NCBI GenBank assembly: GCA_963751595.1 | Contig: CAVVVC010000002.1 | Location: forward strand, 135,103 to 199,102 | DNA from: an uncultured Gammaproteobacteria bacterium | Lineage (GTDB): Bacteria; Pseudomonadota; Gammaproteobacteria; Pseudomonadales; JAHEGP01 | Direction of reading: 5' to 3' | DNA length: 64,000 nt | Part shown: piece after piece, positions 30,837 through 40,198 of the stretch | Layout of the letters: each line of letters opens with the position of its first letter | How positions within the stretch are numbered: position 1 is the first letter of the stretch | The notes under the pieces: model-generated | Databases searched by the model: none | The model's input: only the letters and a program-made list of their open reading frames with translations | Told to the model about the DNA's origin: nothing | Translations under genes and position numbers: made by a program

Positions 30837-32399
30837 CTAGGAGTCTGGGCGGCAGAAGGGGAATATCGGATAATAAAGACTCTCCCTAAATAAGGATCCC
30901 GTATGGCCACCAGCTTCCGCCCTTACGCACCCGATCAAGAAATGTTGCTGCCACCCTCGCTGAGGGAGTGGCTACCCGAAGGTCACTTGGCCTATTTCAT
31001 TGGTGACACGATCGACGCGCTGGACTTGAGTGCGTTCTTCGCGCGGTATGCTAATGGTGGTCCCCGCAACCAGCCCTTTAATCCAGTGATGATGGTTAAG
31101 GTGTTGGTCTACAGCTACGCGACCGGTGTTTTCAGTTCACGCAAGATTGAACGGCGGCTGCAGGAGGATGTGGCCTTTCGTTTACTGGCGGCGGGCAACT
31201 TTCCCCGTCACCGCACGATCCGGGATTTCCGGGCACAACATCTGGATGAGCTGTCGGCGCTGTTCGTGCAGGTCGTCAAAGTGGCGCAGGAGTTGGGACT
31301 GGTCAAGCTGGGAACCGTGGCGATTGACGGGACCAAGGTGAAGGCCAACGCCAGTCGGCACAAGGCGATGAGTTATGCGCGTATGCAGCAGGCTGAAGCG
31401 GAATTGAAGGCGCAGATCGATGAATTGCTGGAGCGCGCCAAGCGTACCGATGCCAATGAGGCCGACGAGGCCGATCTGGACCTGCCGGCGGAAATCGCGC
31501 GGCGCGAAAATCGCCTTCAGGAGATCACCGCAGCGCGGGAACGCCTGGAGCAGCGGCAGCGCGAGGCAGACACAGCGAGAGGTCGCAGTGAGGACGATGA
31601 CCGGCGTCCGCGGGGCCCTGACGGCAAACCGAAAGGGGGCCGGTACAAGCGAGACTTCGGCGAACCTAAACCGAAGGCACAGGAGAACTTCACGGACCCC
31701 GACAGCCGTATCATGAAGCGCACGGGGGGCGGTTTTGATCAGAGCTACAATGCGCAGACCGCGGTCGACGACACGGCCCAAATCATTGTGGCTGCGGAGC
31801 TGAGCAATAACGCTGCCGACTCTGCTCAGCTGCTGCCGATGCTCAATGCCATCAACGATGTGCTCGGTTCTGTGCCCGGACAAACCCTGGCCGATGCGGG
31901 TTACCGCAGCGAGCAGACCTTTGAGCAAGCACAGGATATTGAGACGGAACTGGTCGTCGCCTTGGGCCGGGAAGGCAAGCAGCAGTCGGGTGTCGATGCC
32001 GGTCGTTATCCACATACAGCGGCGATGGCTGGCAGGCTGCAGAGTCAGGAAGGGCAGGCCGCTTACAGGCGGCGCAAATGGATCGCCGAAGCCCCTAATG
32101 GCTGGATCAAGAACGTACTTGGATTCCGGCAATTCAGCCTGCGTGGTCTGGAGAGGGTGCAGGCGGAATGGAAGCTCGTTTGCCTGGCGTTAAATCTACG
32201 CCGTATGAGCGCGTTGTGCACCGCGTGAAGGGCAAAAGGAGGCAGTTAGGACGTTTATAGCCCGGCTATTTGGCAGCAGGACTGAGGGCCACCACCATGA
32301 TCGCATGGACTCAGTCACCCCAATTTGGCGGGCCGGGCAAAATTAACCAGGCCGGTCGTTTATGGCGATCTAAAAATGGTCTACTGCCCAGACTCCTAG
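30837..32399 (+). mobile_element. IS1182-family insertion sequence (about 1.56 kb)
   Basis: The terminal inverted repeats are a perfect 14 bp: CTAGGAGTCTGGGC at 30837-30850 and its complement at 32386-32399. The outer palindromic CTAG may instead be a 4-bp target duplication. The element contains a single transposase ORF. Confidence 0.85.
30903..32228 (+). CDS. IS1182-family DDE transposase
   Basis: The N-terminus of this 441-aa ORF (FRPYAPDQEMLLPPSLREWLPEGHLAYFI...DLSAF) is typical of IS1182/IS5-related transposases. The ORF is bracketed by inverted repeats. Confidence 0.85.
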   Translation: MATSFRPYAPDQEMLLPPSLREWLPEGHLAYFIGDTIDALDLSAFFARYANGGPRNQPFNPVMMVKVLVYSYATGVFSSRKIERRLQEDVAFRLLAAGNFPRHRTIRDFRAQHLDELSALFVQVVKVAQELGLVKLGTVAIDGTKVKANASRHKAMSYARMQQAEAELKAQIDELLERAKRTDANEADEADLDLPAEIARRENRLQEITAARERLEQRQREADTARGRSEDDDRRPRGPDGKPKGGRYKRDFGEPKPKAQENFTDPDSRIMKRTGGGFDQSYNAQTAVDDTAQIIVAAELSNNAADSAQLLPMLNAINDVLGSVPGQTLADAGYRSEQTFEQAQDIETELVVALGREGKQQSGVDAGRYPHTAAMAGRLQSQEGQAAYRRRKWIAEAPNGWIKNVLGFRQFSLRGLERVQAEWKLVCLALNLRRMSALCTA

Positions 32400-32526
32400 A
32401 GTGGATCTGCCCGCGTCTGGTCAGGTGACCACTGGAGAGGGTGTGGCCTGAGCCGGCGTAGTCGGGAATGCTTTTACCCGTGCGGGGGCGGTGGTAGACT
32501 GACTCTCAGGACATTGGGGGGGGCGC

Positions 32527-35500
32527 ATGATGCAGCGGGAAGAGGGTACCGCCAGTTCTTCTTCGGCATGGGGGCGGCGTCTGCTGTCGATTTTCGGCTG
32601 GGGCGCGCTCGTTTACCTCGTGTTCGCCGCTCTGCTGGCCTTTGTGGTGCCGGACTTCGCGCGCAATATGGCGCAGCAAAAGCTCAGCGTAGATCCCTAC
32701 GTCGCGCGCATCGACCATCTCAGCATCAATCCGCTCACACTCGCCGTCGAGGCCGAGGGCTTCACGCTATCAGAGGCCCCGAATGCCGACCCTAAGCAGG
32801 CAGCGGATGGTGTGCTGCTCGAATTTGACCGGCTGCGGGTCGACATCTCGCCCTGGGCGCTGGTCAAAAGGGCTATCGGCTTCGACGAAATCGCGCTAAC
32901 CAAACCCCGGGTGGGGATTGAGCTCGACCGCGAGCAGCAGTTGAACTGGCAGCGCTATATTGACAAGCTCCAGGCATCGCTGGCGCCCCAGGCTGGCGCT
33001 GAACCGGCCGCGGAAGCTGGCGACGACGAGTTACCCCGGTTACTGGTCGACAAACTGCTGCTGGAAGACGTTAACCTGAGCTTTGTCGATCACAATAAAC
33101 CGGGCCCCTTCAAAGCAGACTTTGGCCCGCTCTCGCTGGAGGTCCTGAACCTCAGTACGCTGATTGGCGATGATGCCACCTACACGCTCTCGGCGACTAC
33201 CACGCGCAACGAGTTACTGGCCTGGAATGGCAGCCTGTCCCTCAACCCCCTGCGCTCGGCGGGCTCGATTTCGGTGTCGGGCTGGCGCCTGCCCATGGTC
33301 TGGGACTACTTCAGGGATCAGGTGAAGTTTGAAGTAGCCAGTGGCAGCGCCGACATCAGCGGCCAGTACAAGTATGACGAGAACCTGACTTTTACCGACG
33401 GCGTCCTGGAGCTGGCAGACATCGTGGTGCTGGATCGCGCCGGGGGGGATACGCCTGAACTTATCGAATTACCGGGCACCAGGCTGGGCGGCATGGTGTT
33501 CGATCTCGACGCTCAGCGGCTGGACATTGCCAACGTCGACATCACCGGGCTGCGCGTAAGGGAGCGAATTGACCCGGCCGGGAACTCTTACCTGGCCTCG
33601 GTACTCTCGCCGGCTGCCGCTAACCCGCCCACTGGCGGCGCCAAGCCGGCGGGTGGCGAGCCCTCGTCGCAGGCCGGCAAAGCGGGAGATGCAACGCCCG
33701 CAAAGGGAACCCCGCCTACAGACGATGCACCGCGACCTGCGGCGCCTGGTGCCCCGGCTCCGGCTGCCGAGGGCACTGATCCCGCAGCCGTGGATGACGC
33801 GGCGCCGGCCACGGCTCCAGCAGCCGACGCCAATCCGGTCGACGCCGAGGACGCGGAGACTTCGGGCGGCGATGGAGTGGGCGCTGAGAAAACCGGGTCC
33901 GTTGCGCCGGCACCCGAGCCATCGGAGACGGGTGTTGGCGAGTGGGTACTGCGCCTGTCCCCGATTGCCGCTGCGAATGCCTCGACCACGGCGGCACCTG
34001 CCGTGGAAACGGTCCAGTCCGCGGCGAAGGCCGAGGTAACTGGTGCGCAGCCCAAGGCCGGCGAGGGCGAGCCCGGGCCGGCGGCTCCACTTAAGGAGCA
34101 GGCCCCGTATACGGCAGCAGAGCCCGAACTGATCGATCCCCCCGGGGCGGCGCCGGGTGATAACGCGCCGAATTCAGGTGAGGGCGAGGCTGCTGCTACC
34201 AGGCCGGTTAAAACCGTTGACTCGAAAGCGGACGAGACGGCGGAACCGGCGCAGCCTGCGCCGCCGTCTGCAACCGCGGCCGCCGATCCGGGCTCGGAGC
34301 TCAGTGTCGGCATTGGCCGTGTGGCGCTGACTGATGCCGCTGTCACCGTGCAGCACCAGGTGTCTGATTCGATCACCAACGTGATCTTGTTGGAAGACAT
34401 CGCCGTTGCGGTGGAGGGCTTTGAATTCCCCGGCGGTGATATTCAGTCGCTTACTCTCGAAACCAGGATCAATGAGGCCGGCCAGTTGTCATTGGAAGGT
34501 AAGGGAGATATCGACCCGCTGCAGGCCGATTTTCAGCTCCAGCTCGATGGTTTCGAGCTGGCGGCCCTGATGCCCTATGTCGAGCCCTTGCTGGCCATTG
34601 AACTGGAAAGCGGCTCGGTGGCAGCAAAGCTCAACGGCAGTCTGGCGCAGCGCGCTGAGCGCCTCGACAGCAAGGTCAATGGCCAGGTCACCTTCAGTCA
34701 ACTGTTGGTGAACGAGGCGAAAAAGGGCACCAAGGTGCTCAGTTTCGAAACCCTGAACATCAATCCGCTGGCATGGGAAAGTGACCCCGCCGCTCTGCAG
34801 ATCGATCAGGTGGAGTTGTTGCAGCCCTTTGCCAAGATCGTCATTTTTGAAGACGGCAGCACCAATCTGGGTGAGCTGGTGATCGAGAATGGTTCGGCGC
34901 CCGGCGACGGTGACGGGCCAGTCAGCGCCGATGAGCCCGAGCGGAGCAGCGGCCGACCCCAAACCCCAGCAGGAGAGCGCGGCCAGCTCCCCCAGTGTCT
35001 CCGTCGGGTCGGTGGTTTTTCATGAGGGCACTGCCGACTTTTCGGACCTTTCACTCAACCGCACCTTTCGAGCAGCAATCTATGGAATTGAGGGCAGCAT
35101 CGAGGGGCTGGATACCGACGCTGAAGCGGCTGCGGTGGTCGATCTTACCGGACAGGTCGAGAAGTACGCACCGGTGACGCTCAAAGGCCAGGTCAAGCCC
35201 CTGTCGGACAAGCTCATGGTCGATCTCGCCCTGCAGTTTAGCAACCTCGAGCTGACCTCGGTAAGCCCCTATTCCGACACCTATGCCGGCTATAACATCG
35301 ATAAGGGTAAGCTGGATGCGGCCTTCAAGTACCATATCGTCGACCAGAAACTGTCAGCCGAGAACAGGCTGGTCATCGATCAGCTGACTCTTGGGGAGCG
35401 TACCGAGTCCGCGACTGCTACTTCGCTGCCGGTTGCCCTCGCCGTGGCTCTGCTCAAGGACAGTAATGGGGTGATCGATCTCAATCTGCCGGTAAGTGGC

Positions 35501-36169
35501 GACCTCGATGACCCTGAGTTCCACTACGGCGCCCTGATTGGTAAAGCCCTGTTGAATCTGGTAACCAAGATCGTAACGGCGCCCTTCGCCCTGTTGGGGA
35601 GTCTGGTGGGGGCGGAAGAGGAAGACCTGGACCACGTAATTTTCGAGGCCGGTAAGAGCGAGGCGGCCGAGGCTCAGGCTGACAAACTCACCAAGGTGGC
35701 CGAAGCGCTGGCCAAGAGGCCGCAACTGACCGTGTCCCTCCGGGGAATCGCTGTGCCTGCAATCGACGACCCGGCCCTGAAGCAGCAGCGGTTGGAGGCG
35801 GCCCTGGCTGAGCAGGAAATTGCCTACCCGATCGCTGCCAGCGACCGGAAAAAGTTTTTTTCCTGGTTTGAAAAAAGTACTGGCAGAGACGTCGGCGACC
35901 TGAGAAAAGAGCTGAAGGCCGCGCAGCCGGATATAGACAAGGCGGCGCTGGAGGCGCAAATGCAGAAGCGGTTGCTCGACTCGTTGCTGCGGCGCCAGCG
36001 AGTTGGGGCGGATGATCTCGATCGCCTGGCGAGGGCGCGCAGCGAGCAGGTGAGGGAGTTGATGGTTGCCGCCGGGGTCGACCCGAATCGCCTGTTCATC
36101 CTCGACCCCTCGGTAGCCGAGGAGCAAAATCAGGAGCCCAGTTGCAAACTGGAGCTGGACGCGAGCTGA
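32527..36169 (+). pseudogene. DUF748 (AsmA-like) envelope protein, split into two overlapping ORFs (32527-35025 and 34889-36169) by an apparent +1 frameshift; either a pseudogene or a sequencing error
   Basis: ORF1 supplies the N-terminal TM anchor and the DUF748 repeats. ORF2 supplies the conserved C-terminal part (VVFHEGTADFSDLSL..., LPVSGDLDDPEFHYG, APFALLGSLVG) and has no anchor or good start of its own. The frames overlap over 34883-35025. Confidence 0.65.
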
Positions 36170-36475
36170 TGGCCAGCGAATAACCTTGGTCTGGCGCGGT
36201 GAAGGGCTTTATCGGCGCTGCATTGCTAGTTATAATCGTCGGGTGGTAACGCTAGGGCACGGTGTTGCCGGCACAGATTAGTGCGAAACGCAGGCCATCT
36301 CCCCGCCCGACAGGGTAAGCGGCGGGGGCAGAATGGAATACAGTATTATTATTGGTTTGTTTCAGCTCTGCGTGGCTGCCGTCAAGGCTGCCAGCAGGTT
36401 AATAGTGCTATTCAGTGCTGTCTCATTGGGGTTATGGGGCAACCCATAAAACATACGTATCAAGGGAAACAAAGC

Positions 36476-37642
36476 ATGATGAAGAAAACAACGCAGGTTT
36501 TGCTGGCGTCCGGACTGCTCGGGCTGAGCAGTGGTTTGTCAGCGCAGGGGATAGCCTCCGACAGTGGTTTGGGTTTCGAAGTTGGCGGCGGCTACTACTT
36601 TACCGACAACAAGCGCCAGGTCGATGACGGGCCGTTTGGCGCGATTGGCGCCGAGTACAGACTGGGTGAACACTGGGCGATTCAGGGCTGGTTTTATCGC
36701 ACCGCCGACCTCGATCAGTCTGATAGTGCCAATGCATCCAGTCGTGGCGATGCATCAATACAGAACGCGCACCTGGACCTGACCTACTACTTTACCAACA
36801 GCCGTTGGCAGCCATATGTTTCGGTCGGTGGCGGCCAGTCGATGGTCGATTACAAAGATGACGTGCCGGGTTCTGAAGACGATAACCACAACCAGTGGAA
36901 CGCCGGCCTCGGGCTGAAGGTTCACCTGACACCCGGCTTCTTCGTGCGCGCTGAAGCGCGTGCTTTCCGCGGCCGGGCTGATCGCACCGACGTCGCTACC
37001 TATGCAAGCCTTGGCTATATGTTTGGCCAGGAGCCCAAAGCTCCGCCGATCCTCGATAGTGATGGTGATGGCGTGCTCGACGATGTCGATCAGTGCCCCA
37101 ACACGCCTGCCGGTGTGGCCGTGGACGAAGTGGGTTGTCCGCTGGATAGCGACGGCGACGGTGTCCCTGATTACTTGGACGAGTGCCCCGACACAGCGCC
37201 TGGCTCTGAAGTCGACGAAGTCGGGTGTTATCTGGTTCTCTCCGAGACAGTGGTCATGAAAGTCGATGTCAAAGCGGCCTTCGATTCCACCAAGATCGGT
37301 GTTGACGGCGTGGCTTCGTTGCAGGAAATTGCGGGAATTCTGCGCAAGTACCCTGGTGCGACTGCGGTAGTTGAAGGTCACACCGACAGCAGTGGTCCTG
37401 CCGAGTACAACCAGCGACTGTCCGAGCGTCGCGCTGAGGCGGTGGCTGGAATTCTGTCCGACGACTTCGGTATTGATGCTTCGCGCCTGGAGACTGTCGG
37501 TTACGGGGAAACCCGACCTGAGGCAGACAACTCCACTGCTGAAGGCCGTGCCGCTAATCGCCGGGTGATGGTGATTATGGAAGCTGAAGTCGAAGAAGCT
37601 GTCATCGAAGGTGTAGAGCTGATCGACGTAGAAGTGAAGTAA
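36476..37642 (+). CDS. OmpA-family outer-membrane protein with thrombospondin type-3 repeats
   Basis: The ATG at 36476 gives the signal peptide MMKKTTQVLLASGLLGLSSGLSA. An N-terminal beta-barrel region is followed by TSP3 repeats (DSDGDGVLDDVDQCP, DSDGDGVPDYLDECP). The C-terminus is an OmpA_C domain (GHTDSSG...NQRLSERRA...NRRV). Confidence 0.88.
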   Translation: MMKKTTQVLLASGLLGLSSGLSAQGIASDSGLGFEVGGGYYFTDNKRQVDDGPFGAIGAEYRLGEHWAIQGWFYRTADLDQSDSANASSRGDASIQNAHLDLTYYFTNSRWQPYVSVGGGQSMVDYKDDVPGSEDDNHNQWNAGLGLKVHLTPGFFVRAEARAFRGRADRTDVATYASLGYMFGQEPKAPPILDSDGDGVLDDVDQCPNTPAGVAVDEVGCPLDSDGDGVPDYLDECPDTAPGSEVDEVGCYLVLSETVVMKVDVKAAFDSTKIGVDGVASLQEIAGILRKYPGATAVVEGHTDSSGPAEYNQRLSERRAEAVAGILSDDFGIDASRLETVGYGETRPEADNSTAEGRAANRRVMVIMEAEVEEAVIEGVELIDVEVK

Positions 37643-37682
37643 AATAACGGCTGCAGGGTTCCCTGCACTGCCGGAAGTCCGG

Positions 37683-37712
37683 GGCCGCACCTGAAAAGGT
37701 GCGGCCTTTTTT
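37683..37712 (+). terminator. Rho-independent terminator after the OmpA-family gene
   Basis: The sequence is GGCCGCACCtgaaaaGGTGCGGCCTTTTTT. Confidence 0.8.
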
Positions 37713-37843
37713 CTTAATCCTTGAAGTAAATTCATCGCTGCAGCGTAATGCCCGATTAACGATCACAGCGCGTGGGGTCCTGGGAAAGACTCGCACGGCG
37801 TTGCGGTGGGTCCGATGCTATTTCTCCAGAAAGGTTAGCGACT

Positions 37844-38677
37844 ATGAAAGATCTTGATTTCACCCAGTATATTGATCAGGCGCCGGCTTTGATCATCAAG
37901 TACGGCAGCATGGTGGTTATTGCCCTGCTTATCTTCGTGATCGGCAAAATGCTCGCTCGGGCCATCAGCAATGGTGTTGTGCGGGCGATGACCAAACGCG
38001 ATGTAGATGTCACCATTACCCGCTTTGTTGGCAGCCTGATTTACGGCCTGTTGTTTGCTTTTGTAGTGGTGGCGGCCCTGTCCCAGTTGGGAATCGAAAC
38101 CACATCCTTTATCGCCTTGCTCGGGGCCGCGGGTCTGGCGGTGGGTCTGGCGCTGCAGGGAAGCCTGTCAAATTTTGCCGCTGGCGTTCTACTGGTGCTT
38201 TTTCGACCCCTGCGCGCCGGGGACTTTGTCGAGGCGGGAGGCGTCTCCGGCGTGGTCGAAGAGGTCAGTATCTTCACAACGATACTGAAAACCGGTGACA
38301 ACAAAACCATCATCATACCCAACTCAGCGGTGATGAGCGGGACCATCACCAACTATTCCCTGGAGGCAAACCGCCGGGTCGATCTGCTGGTGGGTATCAG
38401 CTACGACGCCGATATCGGCGCCGCCAGGAGCATCATCCAGGGCCTGATGGAAGCTGATGAGCGGATACTCAAGGATCCTGCAGCGGGGATCAGCGTGGCT
38501 GATCTGGCAGACTCCTCGGTCAATCTGGCGATCAGGCCCTGGGTCAAGTCGGCAGACTACTGGTCGGTGCGCGGAGATCTGCTGGAAGCCATCAAGCACC
38601 ACTTCGATGAGGCGGGCATCGGTATTCCCTACCCCCAGATGGATGTTCACCTGGCCCAGACAGGAAGCACTGCGTGA
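37844..38677 (+). CDS. Small-conductance mechanosensitive channel (MscS family)
   Basis: The ATG at 37844 is followed by three TM segments and the conserved MscS beta/C-terminal domain (FRPLRAGDFVE..., GDNKTIIIPNS). Confidence 0.85.
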   Translation: MKDLDFTQYIDQAPALIIKYGSMVVIALLIFVIGKMLARAISNGVVRAMTKRDVDVTITRFVGSLIYGLLFAFVVVAALSQLGIETTSFIALLGAAGLAVGLALQGSLSNFAAGVLLVLFRPLRAGDFVEAGGVSGVVEEVSIFTTILKTGDNKTIIIPNSAVMSGTITNYSLEANRRVDLLVGISYDADIGAARSIIQGLMEADERILKDPAAGISVADLADSSVNLAIRPWVKSADYWSVRGDLLEAIKHHFDEAGIGIPYPQMDVHLAQTGSTA

Positions 38678-39417
38678 TCTATCCCTTGTACCAATTGCCC
38701 AAACGCACAGCGTGCGGCCTGATGCTGGCCGCGTGGTCCGGCATTGCGTCTGCCCAGCAGGAAATGGTGGACCAGCCGGTTTGGGCGGGCGCCGTTGACC
38801 TGGGATTTGTGCAGACCTCGGGGAACACCGAGGGAACCACGCTCGCGTTTTCCCTGGATTACGGGCGTGATGGCCCGCGCTGGCGCCACGCCCTGCACCT
38901 CGAGTCATTCAACCAGACCAGCGACGACGTGCGCCAGGCGGAAAAGTACCTTGGCTACTGGCAAAGCAACTTCAAGTTCACACCGGTTCAATCGATGTTC
39001 TTCCGGGGCCAGTACGAGGAAGACAAGTTTTCAACCTATGTCTACCAGAGCATTCTGTCGCTGGGCTACAGCCATCGACTTCTCGACAACAAAAAAATGG
39101 TGCTGGATCTCGAGGCTGGTCCGGGTTACCGGCGCAGCCAACTCGCCGATAATGGGGACATTGAAAACGAATTGATCGTCCGCCTGGCGGGTAACTTCAA
39201 GTGGATTATCAGCGAGACCGCCAGTTTCGGCCAACTGCTTTCGGTTGAAGAGGGGCCGGAGAACACTACGGTGCGATCGACCACCTCACTGACCATGAGT
39301 GTCTATCAATCCCTGGCGATCAAACTGTCCTACAAGCTGCGGTGGAACCGCGTGGTCGATCCCGAGACTGAACCCATGGACCGTGAGACCAATATCGCCC
39401 TGGTTTACCAGTGGTAG
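38674..39417 (+). CDS. DUF481 family outer-membrane beta-barrel protein (YdiY-like)
   Basis: The GTG start overlaps the mscS stop (GTGA). It has a signal peptide ending ...GIASA and DUF481-like repeats (GFVQTSGNTEGTT..., a terminal ...ALVYQW aromatic). Confidence 0.7.
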   Translation: MIYPLYQLPKRTACGLMLAAWSGIASAQQEMVDQPVWAGAVDLGFVQTSGNTEGTTLAFSLDYGRDGPRWRHALHLESFNQTSDDVRQAEKYLGYWQSNFKFTPVQSMFFRGQYEEDKFSTYVYQSILSLGYSHRLLDNKKMVLDLEAGPGYRRSQLADNGDIENELIVRLAGNFKWIISETASFGQLLSVEEGPENTTVRSTTSLTMSVYQSLAIKLSYKLRWNRVVDPETEPMDRETNIALVYQW

Positions 39418-39460
39418 TGAACGCGAAGCAACCGATGGGCAACCGCCCGGGCCTTGGGTG

Positions 39461-39970
39461 TTACAGCCTGTCCGGGATCACAGGGGTGGTCTGCCGTCCC
39501 CCGGGGTTGCTCAGATCCAGTTTGCCTTCGTGGGTTTTTCGAATCGGCATCATCATGCCGGCCACCGACACCTTGGTGTAGAGCTGGTAGTGCAGGGCGT
39601 CCATTTTACCCGTGGACGTGATCAAACTCTTGAACAGGCCAATGGTGCCCATCAGGCTGGTGGAGGCCTCCAAAGTAACGATGTTTTCGCCGTAGGCGGG
39701 GACGATCGTCGCCGCGTTAGTGGCACCAGTCACCAGGTCGTGACCTTCGGCGCTGAGCTCGTAGTAAATGCCCTTAATGTTGAGCGCCTGGTCGTTGGGG
39801 TTGACGACTCGGAGCTTGAGCAAGAACCGGGGTTCGATCGATTCGGAGTTGACCGGCTCTATCCCCGCCAGGTCGATTTTAGGGGGATCGAAGTCGCTAC
39901 TCATCGTGGCGCAGCCGCTCAGAGCGAGCAGCACAATCAGCAGCAGGTAGTTCAGCGGTTTTAACAGCAT
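39461..39970 (-). CDS. LEA_2 / WHy-domain lipoprotein (late-embryogenesis-abundant type 2 family)
   Basis: It has the lipobox LALSGC and a LEA_2-like core (PRFLLKLRVVNPNDQALNIKGIYYEL...). Confidence 0.65.
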   Translation of the reverse strand: MLLKPLNYLLLIVLLALSGCATMSSDFDPPKIDLAGIEPVNSESIEPRFLLKLRVVNPNDQALNIKGIYYELSAEGHDLVTGATNAATIVPAYGENIVTLEASTSLMGTIGLFKSLITSTGKMDALHYQLYTKVSVAGMMMPIRKTHEGKLDLSNPGGRQTTPVIPDRL

Positions 39971-40198
39971 GGCTAGCGCTCCAAGGGGACTGACAGGGGA
40001 TGATAACCCGTTTCACCAGAGCCGGGAAATGAGCGCCGGGTGCGTCCCCGGGAGTGTTGCACACGACGGCGACAGGGTCCCGGGGTCGAGTCACGGTTGC
40101 CGCCGTGTTCCTGTGGCGCTTAAACTGAGGCGTGCAATAGTGGCAAAGTGGTGTGGGTGCATGCGGGAGTGCAGGGTGGTAAGCGGGGAGAATGCGGC

